Positions 10,241 through 22,614 of a stretch of DNA of 64,000 nucleotides are shown here, piece by piece. A program made the translations under genes and the position numbers. How positions within the stretch are numbered: the stretch's first letter is position 1; each line of letters begins with the position of its first letter. Source of the DNA: Polyangiales bacterium. Its GTDB lineage: Bacteria; Myxococcota_A; Polyangia; Polyangiales; JADJQN01. The notes under the pieces were generated by a model that saw only the letters and a list, made by a program, of their open reading frames with translations, made no database searches and was not told where the DNA came from. The stretch is taken from positions 1 through 64,000 of the forward strand of contig CAXNJO010000003.1 of NCBI GenBank assembly GCA_964202905.1, read 5' to 3'.

Positions 10241-12655
10241 ATGAAGCCTCCCGCCCTCCCCGACGACGAAGCCGCGCGCCTCCGCGTCCTCACGTCGTAT
10301 CGGATCGTCGACACCGCCGCCGATCCCTCGTTCGACGACCTCGCGTCACTCACGGCCGAGCTGCTCGGGGTGCCGATCGCGCTCGTGTCGATCGTCGACG
10401 CGTCGCGGCAGTGGTTCAAGGCGCGGCACGGGCTCGACGTGACGGAGACCGATCGCGCCGTGTCCTTTTGCGGTCATGCGGTCGCGAGCGGTGCGCTCCT
10501 CGTGGTGCCCGACGCGCGCGCGGACGAGCGCTTCCGCGACAACCCGCTCGTCACCGGCGCACCGCACGTGCGCTTCTACGCGGGGGCGCCGCTGCGCACG
10601 CCGCAGGGCCACGTGCTCGGCACGCTCTGCGCGATCGATCGCGAGCCGCGCACCCTCGACGACCGCGCGCGCGCAGTGCTCGAGCGACTCGCTCGGCAGG
10701 TGGTCGACCAGCTCGAGCGACACCGGCAGCGCGTGCTGCTCGAAGAGCGCAACGCGGCGCTCCGCGCGAGCGAGCGGCGGTTGCAGGCGCTGCTGGAGAC
10801 GATGGACGAAGGCCTCGTCGTGCAGGACCGCAGCGGCGCCATCACCGAGTGCAACACCTCGGCCGAGCGCATCCTCGGGCTCACGCGCGATCAACTCATG
10901 GGGCGCACCTCCGTCGATCCGCGGTGGCGCGCGATCCGCGGCGACGGCTCGCCCTTCCCCGGCGAGACGCACCCCGCGTCGGTCACGCTCCGCACGGGTC
11001 AGCCCTCGACGGGCACGCTCATGGGCGTGCACAAGACGGCGGGCGAGTTCACGTGGATTCGCATCAACGCCCGCGTGGTCGAGTACCAGCGCGACGGCTC
11101 CCCCGCGTCGGTGCTCACGACCTTTCACGACGTGACCGAACAGCACGAGGCGACGGCGGCGCTCGCGGCGGAGCGCGCCTTCCTCGCGGCGCTGCTCGAA
11201 CACCTGCCGGGGTCGTTCCTCGCGGTCATCGACGGAGAGCGGCGGATCACGCGCATCTTCGGCCACGAGAAGCTGCAACCGACGGCGGGGCGCACGCTCG
11301 TGGGCGAGCCGATCACGGTGCTCGGCGGGGCGGGGGAACGCCGTGCGCTGCTCGAGGCCGCGGCCGGCGCGCTCGAAGGGCATCCGATGCCGGCCAGCAC
11401 CTCGCTCGACGGCGCCGAGCTCGAGCTGGTCGTCGTGCCGCTCCCGGGCGAGGCAGGTCAGGCGCCGCGCGCCCTCGCGATCGGCCGCGAGGTGACGGAG
11501 CGCAACCGCCTCCGCGAAGGGCTCGCACGGCACGAACGGCTCGTGACGACGGGCACGCTCGCGGCCGGCGTGGGGCACGAGATCAACAACCCGCTGAGCT
11601 ACGTCGTCGTGAACCTCGCGCTCGCGATCGAGGACCTCGCCGCGCTCGAATCCGCGTCGCCGTCCGAGGCGCTGCGGGAGGTCATCACCGCGCTCACCGA
11701 GGCCTCCGAGGGCGCCGAGCGAATCCGCAACATCGTGCGCGGATTGCGCACCTTCGCGCGGGAGCAGAGCGTGCCGGTCGCGACGGATCTCGCCGACACG
11801 GTCGAGCTGAGCGTGCACATGGCGATGCACGAGCTCCGTCCACGTGCAATCGTGTTGCAGGAGCACGCGCCGGCGGCCGCCGCGCTCGCGGACAAATCCC
11901 GTCTCTCGCAGGCGCTCGTACAGCTCCTCATGAACGCGGCGCAGGCGTTCGCGGACGCCAACCCCGCGCGCAACCAGGTGCGCGTCCGGACGGGCCCTGC
12001 CCCGGACGGGCGCGTGTCGGTCGAGGTCACCGACAACGGCCCCGGCATCGCGCCCGATGTGTTGCCGCGCATCTTCGACCCGTTCTTCACGACGCGGCCC
12101 GTCGGGCAGGGCACCGGGCTCGGCCTCTCGATCGCGCACAACCTCGTCTCGGATCTCGGCGGGGAGCTGCGCGTGCGCACGCGCGTCGGCGAGGGCACGA
12201 GCTTCGAGATCCTCCTCCCCGCGACCCCGGCGGCGCCCGTCGTCACCGAGCGTCCCGCGTCGCGTGGGCGCAGCGCGACGCGCGGCCGCCTGCTGCTCAT
12301 CGACGACGAGCCGAACGTGCTCGCGATGATGGAGCGGCTCCTGCGCGCCGACCACGACTGCGTCGGCGTGACCGACCCGCGCGAGGCCATGCGTCACCTC
12401 GACGCGGACCCGCACTTCGACGTCGTGTTCTGCGATCTGATGATGCCGCACATCGACGGGATGCAGGTCTACGAGCGCATCCGCGCACGTCACCCCGCGT
12501 TGCTCGAGCGGGTGGTCTTCGTGACGGGCGGTGCGCTCGGAAGCGGCACACACGCGGACTTTCTCGACAGCATCCCGAACGCCTGCATCGACAAGCCCTT
12601 CGATCCCGAGCACCTGCGCGCGGTCGCGCGGCGCTTCGTACGGACACGCGGGTAG
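10241..12655 (+). CDS. Hybrid sensor histidine kinase (GAF-PAS-HisKA-HATPase-REC)
   Basis: RFYAGAPL GAF motif; HEINNPL H-box; DNGPG, DPFFTT, GTGLGL; C-terminal IDDE...CDLMMP...KPF receiver. Confidence 0.95.
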   Translation: MKPPALPDDEAARLRVLTSYRIVDTAADPSFDDLASLTAELLGVPIALVSIVDASRQWFKARHGLDVTETDRAVSFCGHAVASGALLVVPDARADERFRDNPLVTGAPHVRFYAGAPLRTPQGHVLGTLCAIDREPRTLDDRARAVLERLARQVVDQLERHRQRVLLEERNAALRASERRLQALLETMDEGLVVQDRSGAITECNTSAERILGLTRDQLMGRTSVDPRWRAIRGDGSPFPGETHPASVTLRTGQPSTGTLMGVHKTAGEFTWIRINARVVEYQRDGSPASVLTTFHDVTEQHEATAALAAERAFLAALLEHLPGSFLAVIDGERRITRIFGHEKLQPTAGRTLVGEPITVLGGAGERRALLEAAAGALEGHPMPASTSLDGAELELVVVPLPGEAGQAPRALAIGREVTERNRLREGLARHERLVTTGTLAAGVGHEINNPLSYVVVNLALAIEDLAALESASPSEALREVITALTEASEGAERIRNIVRGLRTFAREQSVPVATDLADTVELSVHMAMHELRPRAIVLQEHAPAAAALADKSRLSQALVQLLMNAAQAFADANPARNQVRVRTGPAPDGRVSVEVTDNGPGIAPDVLPRIFDPFFTTRPVGQGTGLGLSIAHNLVSDLGGELRVRTRVGEGTSFEILLPATPAAPVVTERPASRGRSATRGRLLLIDDEPNVLAMMERLLRADHDCVGVTDPREAMRHLDADPHFDVVFCDLMMPHIDGMQVYERIRARHPALLERVVFVTGGALGSGTHADFLDSIPNACIDKPFDPEHLRAVARRFVRTRG

Positions 12656-12753
12656 GTCCTTCTCCGGCACGACCACCGCGCTCGTCGCGCGTCCACCGAT
12701 GTCGGCGCAACGCAGCGCGTGACGCGCGCACGCCGGATCGATATGGTTGGCCG

Positions 12754-13426
12754 ATGCTTTTTCCGTCTTCGCGCGGCGCCCGCCGCGACGTCACGCTCGT
12801 CTTCACCCTGCTCGCCGTCACTGGAATCACGCTCGCAGGCTGCGACTCGCGCCGCCGCGGCCCGCGCGGAGGGGCCACGGACCTCGGCCCGCTCGCGGAC
12901 GCGGGCGAGGGCTTCGACGCGGGCGGCGGCTTCGATGCAGGCGAGGGCTCCGACGCGGGCGGTCTCGATGCGGGCGGTCTCGATGCGGGCGGTTTCGACG
13001 CGGGCCGCGACGGTGGCGGCGGACGTGACGGCGGCGGACGTGACGGCGGCGGACGTGACGGCGGCGGACGTGACGGCGGCGGCTCCGACGCGGGCCGCGA
13101 CGCAGGCGCCGGCGGCACGCCGCGTGAGGGCGATCTGCGCCTCGCCGAAGGCACGAGCGGCCTGCTCGAGATCTACGCGATGGGGACGTGAGGGTACCGT
13201 CTGCGACAACCTCTTCGACGCCACCGACGCGAACGTCGCGTGCCGGCAACTCGGCTTCTCGGGCGGCCTCGTGACGGTGCCCGCCGTGTTCGGGACGGGC
13301 GACATCTGGATGGACGACGTGCAGTGCACGGGCACCGAGACCCGCCTCATCGACTGCGCGTTCGGCGGCATCGGCGTGCACAACTGCGTGCACAGCGAGG
13401 ACGTCGCGCTCATCTGCACGCCGTGA
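12754..13426 (+). CDS. Lipoprotein with Asp/Gly linker and scavenger-receptor cysteine-rich (SRCR) domain; +1 frameshift at 13191
   Basis: ITLAGC lipobox; removing the A at 13191 gives [40 protein letters not shown]...IWMDDVQCTGTE...HNCVHSEDVALIC. Confidence 0.88.
12898..13105. repeat. Short coding repeats (DAGG-type; 15-bp ggacgtgacggcggc x4 at 13021-13080)
   Basis: Directly visible. Confidence 0.9.
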
Positions 13427-13432
13427 CCCCAC

Positions 13433-13454
13433 GGGCGCGGCGCGGGCCGCGCCC
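13433..13454. terminator. 9-bp GC hairpin between convergent genes
   Basis: gggcgcggc-gcgg-gccgcgccc; no U tract. Confidence 0.4.
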
Positions 13455-13463
13455 ACGGGACCG

Positions 13464-14369
13464 TCAGGCGGCGAGCAGCTCGGCCGGCACGCGCGCCCGC
13501 AGCGCCCGCGCCAGCTTCGCCTCGATCGCCTTCTCGAGTTGACGCGCGCGCTCGCGGCTGACGTGGAGCTGCTCGCCGAGCTCGCGGAGCGTGACGGGCT
13601 CTTCCGCGATCATGCGCCGCTCGTAGATCACGCGGTCACGTCCCGTGAGCGTCTCGCCGAAATCGCGCAACGCGTCCTCGACGAGCGCGGCACGGACGCC
13701 CCCGGCGAGGCGCTCGTCCACCGGCGCATCCCCCGCGATGAGCAGGTCGACGGCCGTTCCGGCTCCGTCTTCGTGCAGCGGCTCATCGAGCGAGACGTCG
13801 CGGCGCGCGAGCCGATCACGCATCTCGACGAGCTCCCCCACCGGCACGCGCAGGCTCTCTGCGAGCGCTTCGGGGGTCGCCTCGCGGCCGAGCGCCTCGA
13901 GACGCGACGCCTCCTTGCGGAGCCGGAAAAAGAGCCGCCGCTGCGACTGCGAGGTGCCGAAGCGCACGAGCCGCGCGTCGCGCATCGTCGTCTTCAGCAT
14001 GTACGCGCGGATCCACCATGCGGCGTAGCTCGTGAGCCGCACGCCCTTCTCCGCGTCGAACTTGCGCACGGCGTGCATGAGCCCGAGGTTGCCCTCCTGG
14101 ATGAGATCGAGGAGCGGCACCTCGCTCTTGCGCAGGTCGTTCGCCATCTTGACGACGAGGCGCAGGTTCGTCGCGACGAGTTTCGCCGCGATGGCCGGAT
14201 CGCCGGTGCGCGCGAATTCCCGCGCGAGCCGCGTCTGCTCCTCCGGTGGGAGGATGGGGTGGCGGCCGATCTCCCGGAAATAGGCCGCGAGCACCGGGTC
14301 CTGCGCCCGTGGGACGCTCGAGCCGGCGCGCGCCGCGAGCTTGGTCGAGGACGTCGTGAGGGTGTTCAC
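13464..14369 (-). CDS. RpoH/sigma-32-like RNA polymerase sigma factor
   Basis: NLRLVVK, DLIQEGNLGLMHAVRKFD, YAAWWIRA, RpoH-box-like QRRLFFRLRK, VSRERARQLE; start codon uncertain. Confidence 0.92.
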   Translation of the reverse strand: MNTLTTSSTKLAARAGSSVPRAQDPVLAAYFREIGRHPILPPEEQTRLAREFARTGDPAIAAKLVATNLRLVVKMANDLRKSEVPLLDLIQEGNLGLMHAVRKFDAEKGVRLTSYAAWWIRAYMLKTTMRDARLVRFGTSQSQRRLFFRLRKEASRLEALGREATPEALAESLRVPVGELVEMRDRLARRDVSLDEPLHEDGAGTAVDLLIAGDAPVDERLAGGVRAALVEDALRDFGETLTGRDRVIYERRMIAEEPVTLRELGEQLHVSRERARQLEKAIEAKLARALRARVPAELLAA

Positions 14370-14542
14370 GGGTGTTGGGTCGGTGCAGCAGCGCGCGGCG
14401 TTACGGACGCGCCGCGACGAGCCCCGGCACGGCGTCGCCGGAGGAACGGCGCGCACGTCGGCGAAGGTGCGACTTCCACCGCGACGCGAGACGTGGGAGC
14501 GTCGCGCCCAAGCAGAACCTCGCGGGACGCACGGCGCGCGCC

Positions 14543-15478
14543 ATGACGATCGCGTTCAGTCTCGGAGCGGCCGCGTGCGCGGGGAACAGCAGCGACACGA
14601 CGCGCGTCGACTGCGGGCGCGGCGCGACCTGCGACGCGTCGGTCGACGCGGACGCGCCGGACGTCGACGCCGGGACGGACGCGGGAGAACTGCCCACCGA
14701 CGCCGGCGAGGACGCAGGCGCGACGACGGCTGCCGGGGCGGACTCAGGCCCGACCTCCGACGCGGGCCGGGATGCGGGCGCACCCGACGCGGGACCGCCA
14801 CCCGATCCCTGCGCCGGAATCACCTGCTCGAACCACGGCTGGTGCGAGGCGGGGATCTGTCTCTGCGACGTCGGCTACGCGGGCAGTGCATGCGACACGT
14901 GCGACGGCACCTGGCGCACGGCCCCCGGCACCGTCCCCGCCTTCTGCACGCCCCCCGCGGCGCTCGACGGAACCGAGGCCGACGACCCGCTCCTCGACGG
15001 CACCGCCGGCAACGACTACGTCCGCGGGCTCGGCGGCAACGACATGATCCGCGGACTCGACGGTTCGGACTACGTGAATGGCAATCTCGGCCTCGACACG
15101 GTCAACGGCAACGCGGGCCGCGACGAGGTCGCGGGCGGCGGCGACGACGACACCGTGTACGGCGGCGCCGACGACGACGTCGTGATCGGCGGGCTCGGTA
15201 ACGACACGGTGGCCGGCGGGCTCGGCAACGACCGGCTGACCGGCGGCGAGGGCAACGACACGCTGGGGGGCGACGACGGCGACGACCGTTTCATGATCGA
15301 CGGGCTCGGCAACGACCGCATCGAGGACACCAGCGGGACCGACGCGGCGCGTTGCGTGCCGGGGATCCGCGTCGTCTCCGACACGCGGGTCGGCGCGGAT
15401 CGCCTGCTCATCCTCTCGAATGGGAGCCGCGTGATCATCGTCGGGGACGCCGTCGAGCGGATCCTCGGGTGCAGCTGA
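14543..15478 (+). CDS. Lipoprotein with EGF-like module and RTX-type Ca-binding repeats
   Basis: LGAAAC; CSNHGWCEAGICLCDVGYAGSAC; multiple GGxGND nonapeptides; start uncertain. Confidence 0.85.
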   Translation: MTIAFSLGAAACAGNSSDTTRVDCGRGATCDASVDADAPDVDAGTDAGELPTDAGEDAGATTAAGADSGPTSDAGRDAGAPDAGPPPDPCAGITCSNHGWCEAGICLCDVGYAGSACDTCDGTWRTAPGTVPAFCTPPAALDGTEADDPLLDGTAGNDYVRGLGGNDMIRGLDGSDYVNGNLGLDTVNGNAGRDEVAGGGDDDTVYGGADDDVVIGGLGNDTVAGGLGNDRLTGGEGNDTLGGDDGDDRFMIDGLGNDRIEDTSGTDAARCVPGIRVVSDTRVGADRLLILSNGSRVIIVGDAVERILGCS

Positions 15479-15559
15479 GCGGATCGATACGGCGGCCGCA
15501 GCGCGGCAGAGAGACGGATTGAGGCGATGATTTCGATGGCATCACCGAAGATGGTTAAA

Positions 15560-16843
15560 ATGACAAGCGGGCACGTCGCTCCTCGACGCGGAGCGCGCTC
15601 GTCGCGGCGCTCGCGACCGCGCTCGCGGGCTGCGCCGCGGAGCCGATGGGCACGATCCCGCGCTGCGTGAGCAACGCGGATTGCGCGAGTCCGGCCATGT
15701 GTGTCGACGGGCGCTGCGTCACGCGGGGCGCGCTCGACGCGGGCGGACGCGACGCCGGCAGGCGGCGACGACGGCGCGGCGCCGCAGCCCGACGCGGGCC
15801 CCGCGGACGCGTCCTGCGGCGGCGCGGGCTTCGGCGTCACCGGCTCGCCCCCCGACGTGCTCGTGCTCTTCGATCGCTCGTGCTCGATGCGCAGGCGCTA
15901 CGACTCGCTCGGCGCGCTCTCCCCGCCCCCGGCCTCCTCGTTCGCGAGCGGGCCCGACGATCCGGCCGGCCGCTGGTACGTCGCGCGCGAGGCCCTGCGC
16001 GGCCTCGTCGATCGTCACCCCACGGACGTCCGCTGGGGCCTGATGGTGTTCCCCGATGTCCTCGCGGGCTGCGGCGCGACACCGTCCCTGCGGGTCGCCC
16101 CGGGCGACGGCACCGGCCCCGACGTCCTCGCGACGCTCGAGCGCCCGGAGATCGAGCCCCACACGCTCTGCGCGGCCTTCGGCGCGACGCCCGGCCTGAG
16201 CGACCAGCCCGCCGAGACGCCGACCCTCGAGGCGCTCAACGCGCTGGCCGGCCTCCCGGCCCTCGCCGATCGCTCGCGCGAGCGCGTCGTGCTCCTCATC
16301 ACGGACGGCGCCGCGACGTGCGGCGCGACGGACACGAGCCTCGGCGCCGCGACGGGCACGCTCCGCGCGACCGGTGTCCGCACGGCGGCCGTCGGCTTCA
16401 GCCTCGCGACGGAGATCGGCGCCGCGACCCCGATGATGAACGCGATCGCCGTCGCGGGCGGCCTCGCCCGGGCCGGCTCGGGGGATCGCTTCTACGTCGC
16501 GACCTCGCCCGCTGAGCTCGAGTCCGCGCTCGACACGATCCTCGCCGCGTCGATCCCCTGCACGTTCGCGCTGAGCGACACGCCGCCAGAGCCTTCGATG
16601 CTGCGCGTCTCGCTCGACGACGCCCCCGTCGCAGAAGACCCCGTCGACGGCTTCAGCTACGACGCGATGCGCAACACGATCACGCTCCACGGCGCGGCGT
16701 GCTCGCGCATCCAGCGGCGCGAGGCCACGCGGATCGGCGTCGGCTACGGCTGCGGAACTCCGGCGTGCGTCCCGGTCGGCGAGGTCTGCGACGGCCTCGA
16801 CAACGACTGCGACGGCGTCGCCGGCGACGACTGCCTGCTCTGA
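15560..16843 (+). CDS. VWA-domain lipoprotein with C-terminal Cys/Asp motif; frameshifts at ~15565 and ~15760
   Basis: [13 protein letters not shown] signal; MIDAS-like [27 protein letters not shown]. Confidence 0.8.
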
Positions 16844-16892
16844 ACTCGCAAGCCATCAGGGGCGCGCGGCGCGCGTGATAACGTCGGGCGGC

Positions 16893-19595
<2,703 letters not shown>

Positions 19596-19673
19596 GTCCC
19601 CTTACGAACGTCCCACGCCGCGCTCTGGCAGCCGCCCTCCCCGTGCCGACGTGCGAGGCGGAGGGCCAGCGCC

Positions 19674-19763
19674 ATGAAGCTCGACGCCATCAGCATCTTC
19701 GGACTCACCTTCATCAGCATCATCCTGATCGCGTTCGGCGTCGCGGTGATGCACCACGTCTGA
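19674..19763 (+). CDS. 29-aa small membrane protein
   Basis: MKLDAISIFGLTFISIILIAFGVAVMHHV; GGAGGG upstream; nearly all third positions G/C. Confidence 0.7.
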   Translation: MKLDAISIFGLTFISIILIAFGVAVMHHV

Positions 19764-19875
19764 CGTCGTCGCGCGGGCCGACACACGACCCCGTCGGACA
19801 TGACAACCCGCTTGCGGTGTCGCGCACCCATCACGGCGCGCGCGCCGCGGCGCCCCCGGTCAGCGCCCTGACGCG

Positions 19876-20562
19876 CTACGCCGCCGCCGGCGCGGCGTCG
19901 CCCTCGTCCTCGGCGGGCGCGGGGTCGATGCCGTAGCGGCGCGTGATGACGTCGTGCGCGAGGTAACAGAGCGGCGTGAGCGCGGCGGCGACGATCATCT
20001 TGTAGACGTAACTGAACGCCGCGATCTCGGCGACCTGCGCGAAGGGCATCGCACCGAGGAGCGCGCCGAAGTTCACGGCCGTCGTGTCGACGACCTGCGA
20101 GACGGCCGTCGAGCCGAGCGCGCGCAGCCAGAGGTGGCGGCTCTGCGTGATGCGCTTGGTGAGGTGGAAGGTGTGGATGTCGACGTACTGGCCGATGAGG
20201 TACGCCGTGAGTGACGCGCCGAAGAGCCGCGCCGAGAGGCCGAACACGGCGTCGAACGCCTCCTGCGGCACGGGCGAGCCGACCGCGACGGGGAGCTTGC
20301 GCGCGAGCAGGATGATGGCGAATCCGAAGACCAGCATCGCCATGCCGATCAACGTGAGAAAGCGCGCCCCGCGGCGGCCGTAATACTCGTTCACGATGTC
20401 CGTCAGCAGGAACGCGATGGGGAACACCACGGTGCCCGTCGACATCGTGATCCCGAAGACGTGGAAGAACTTCCCCGCGACGATGTCCGCGACGAGCAGC
20501 GAGGTGAGGAAGATCGCGGCGAGGACGAAGTAGAGCCGCTGCTTCGCGTCGAGTTGGAACAT
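19876..20562 (-). CDS. Queuosine-precursor transporter (YhhQ/Vut_1 family)
   Basis: FLLTDIVNEYYG, SLTAYLIGQYVD, WLRALGSTAVSQVVDT. Confidence 0.9.
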   Translation of the reverse strand: MFQLDAKQRLYFVLAAIFLTSLLVADIVAGKFFHVFGITMSTGTVVFPIAFLLTDIVNEYYGRRGARFLTLIGMAMLVFGFAIILLARKLPVAVGSPVPQEAFDAVFGLSARLFGASLTAYLIGQYVDIHTFHLTKRITQSRHLWLRALGSTAVSQVVDTTAVNFGALLGAMPFAQVAEIAAFSYVYKMIVAAALTPLCYLAHDVITRRYGIDPAPAEDEGDAAPAAA

Positions 20563-20564
20563 GG

Positions 20565-21176
20565 TCAGTCGCTCTCGCCGGTGTCCGGCTCGTCGGGGGA
20601 CGCGGCGCTCGCGTCCCGGGGGGGAAGGACGCGCGGAGGCAGCAGCTCCGGCTCGGTCTCGACCTTCTGCGCCAGGAAGATGGCGGCGTCGAGCTTGAAG
20701 AACGAGCGCTTGCGGTACCACTGCAGCGCGCTGCGGTTGTTCTCCGCGACCTCGAGCACGAGGTGCGTGCAGCCGCGCACGCGCGCGAGGTGCTGCAGCT
20801 GCTCGATCATGAAGGAGCCCACGCCGCGGCCCTGCGAGTCGGGGTGCACGGCGAGCTCTTCGACGAAGAGCGGGCGCATGTCGCGCTTGTCGAAGAAGCG
20901 CATGTTGATCCAGTTGTCCGAGCCGGTGACCTCGTAGGCGCACTCGGCATAACCGACGATCTCGCCGTCGATCTCGAAGAGGAGCTGCTCGACGCCCTCG
21001 TCGTCGTAGACCTCCATGAAGCGCTGTTTGCTGCGCGGACGCTGGAACTCGAGCGTCTGCGTGTTCACCGCCCGGAACACGAGCTTGATGAACTCCCACG
21101 CCTTGTTGAGGTCGCGGCGGTGGATGCGCCGGACGCGGATCGCCCCATCCGGCTCGTCTTTCTTCTTGCGCGCCAT
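20565..21176 (-). CDS. GNAT-family N-acetyltransferase
   Basis: LAVHPDSQGRGVGS motif A; NRSALQWYRK. Confidence 0.9.
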   Translation of the reverse strand: MARKKKDEPDGAIRVRRIHRRDLNKAWEFIKLVFRAVNTQTLEFQRPRSKQRFMEVYDDEGVEQLLFEIDGEIVGYAECAYEVTGSDNWINMRFFDKRDMRPLFVEELAVHPDSQGRGVGSFMIEQLQHLARVRGCTHLVLEVAENNRSALQWYRKRSFFKLDAAIFLAQKVETEPELLPPRVLPPRDASAASPDEPDTGESD

Positions 21177-21251
21177 GGCGGGGGACGATAGCGCGACTCG
21201 CGCGCGCCGCCGCCATTGTGGCGGAGGCTGGCTTTCGCTAGCGTTGCGCGC

Positions 21252-21833
21252 ATGCAGCCCCGCCGTGCACCGTGGATCGCCCTCTCTCTCTGCCTCGCCA
21301 TGCTCTCCGCCTGCGACGACGCGGACGACCGACGCGGGGGACCGGCGCCGGGGCCCGCGCCGGGCGAGACGGGCGCGATGGTGGGGATGACCGCGGCGCA
21401 CAACCGCTTCCGCGCCATGGTCGACACCGCGACGCCGCTGCCGCCGGTCACCTGGGACGCGCAGCTCGCGGCCGACTCGCAGGCGTGGTCCGAGCGGCTC
21501 GCCGCGATGGGCTGCGGGCTCGAGCACTCGACGGGCGATTACGGGGAGAACCTCTACTGGCAGCGGGGAAGCCGCGTCACGGCGGACGACGTCGTGGGCT
21601 CCTGGTACGAGGAGATCGCCTGTTACGCGTACGGCGCGTTCATGCGCGGCGACGCGTGCGACATGGCGTGCACCGACGCGATGTTCTCGAGCGGCTGCGG
21701 GCACTACACGCAGATCGTGTGGCGCGAGACGACGAAGGTCGGCTGCGGCATGGCGACGTGCAGCAGCGGCGCCGAGATCTGGACGTGCCGCTACGACCCG
21801 CCGGGCAACTACCTCGGCGAGCTGCCCTACTGA
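21252..21833 (+). CDS. CAP (SCP/PR-1) domain lipoprotein
   Basis: MLSAC lipobox; HNRFR, GENL, GHYTQIVW, VGCG, CRYDPPGN. Confidence 0.93.
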   Translation: MQPRRAPWIALSLCLAMLSACDDADDRRGGPAPGPAPGETGAMVGMTAAHNRFRAMVDTATPLPPVTWDAQLAADSQAWSERLAAMGCGLEHSTGDYGENLYWQRGSRVTADDVVGSWYEEIACYAYGAFMRGDACDMACTDAMFSSGCGHYTQIVWRETTKVGCGMATCSSGAEIWTCRYDPPGNYLGELPY

Positions 21834-21863
21834 CGCGACGGCTTGGCGCCGCGCGCGCCGTGA

Positions 21864-22496
21864 TCAAGCGACGACGCGCAGCGAATAGCCCTCGTCGGCG
21901 AACACGGCGCGCCAGGCGTGCGTGAGGGCGCGGGCGAGCTCGGCGTCGTCGACGCGCACGGCCGGGCCCGGGCCCGGCTCGCCGAGCAGGACGCGCGCGG
22001 TGTCGACGACCAGGCAGGCGGCGCGGCGCGGCGCGCCCGGCGGCGGGGACCACACGTCGAGCCCGGGCAGCGCGGGCGGCATGGCCCCGGCGTGCGGGAG
22101 CACCCAGACGCGGTGCACCGCGGGCAGCGACGCGAGCGCGTCGCGGAGCGGGGCATCCGCGACGTCCTGCCCCACCGCGAAGACCGCGTGACGCGCGCCG
22201 CCCACGAGCTCGACCGCGGCCCCCGTCGCGCCGGTGCCCTCAGCGAGCGAGGCGAGCGTCCTCGCGACGCGACGCTCGGCGATCGCCGCCACGATCACGG
22301 CCTGCGCGGCCCGCGCGTCGAGGCCCTGCAGCGCGCCGAGGTCACCCTCGACACCGCCGAACCCGCCCGCGATGAGCGTCGCGCGGCTGAGCGGGAAGAG
22401 GAGGCGCTTGCGGAAGATCGAGCGCAGCAGCGACTCGAGCGTGGTGGTGGGCACGCGCGTGAGCGCGGCGCCGGCGGTGGGTGTGTACGAGGCCAT
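21864..22496 (-). CDS. Hypothetical protein, possibly a degenerate PLD-fold (DrmC-like) protein
   Basis: C-terminal RAACLVVDTARVLL...VRVDDAELARALTHAWRAV resembles the HKD region without His/Lys. Confidence 0.5.
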   Translation of the reverse strand: MASYTPTAGAALTRVPTTTLESLLRSIFRKRLLFPLSRATLIAGGFGGVEGDLGALQGLDARAAQAVIVAAIAERRVARTLASLAEGTGATGAAVELVGGARHAVFAVGQDVADAPLRDALASLPAVHRVWVLPHAGAMPPALPGLDVWSPPPGAPRRAACLVVDTARVLLGEPGPGPAVRVDDAELARALTHAWRAVFADEGYSLRVVA

Positions 22497-22614
22497 GGCG
22501 CGCGGACCCTAGCAGCCTCATGATCGCCCCGCTTTGTCGGGCTGGAGCCACGATCACGCGGGACTGCGCGGCGGGGGGCCGCGGCCTCTCCGGGGCCCGG
22601 TGCGCCCGCGCCGC

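Noticed and set aside
20562..21250. preQ1 riboswitch for the YhhQ transporter
   Set aside because: The gene follows the GNAT stop by 2 nt, the operon looks leaderless, and no A-rich aptamer is seen
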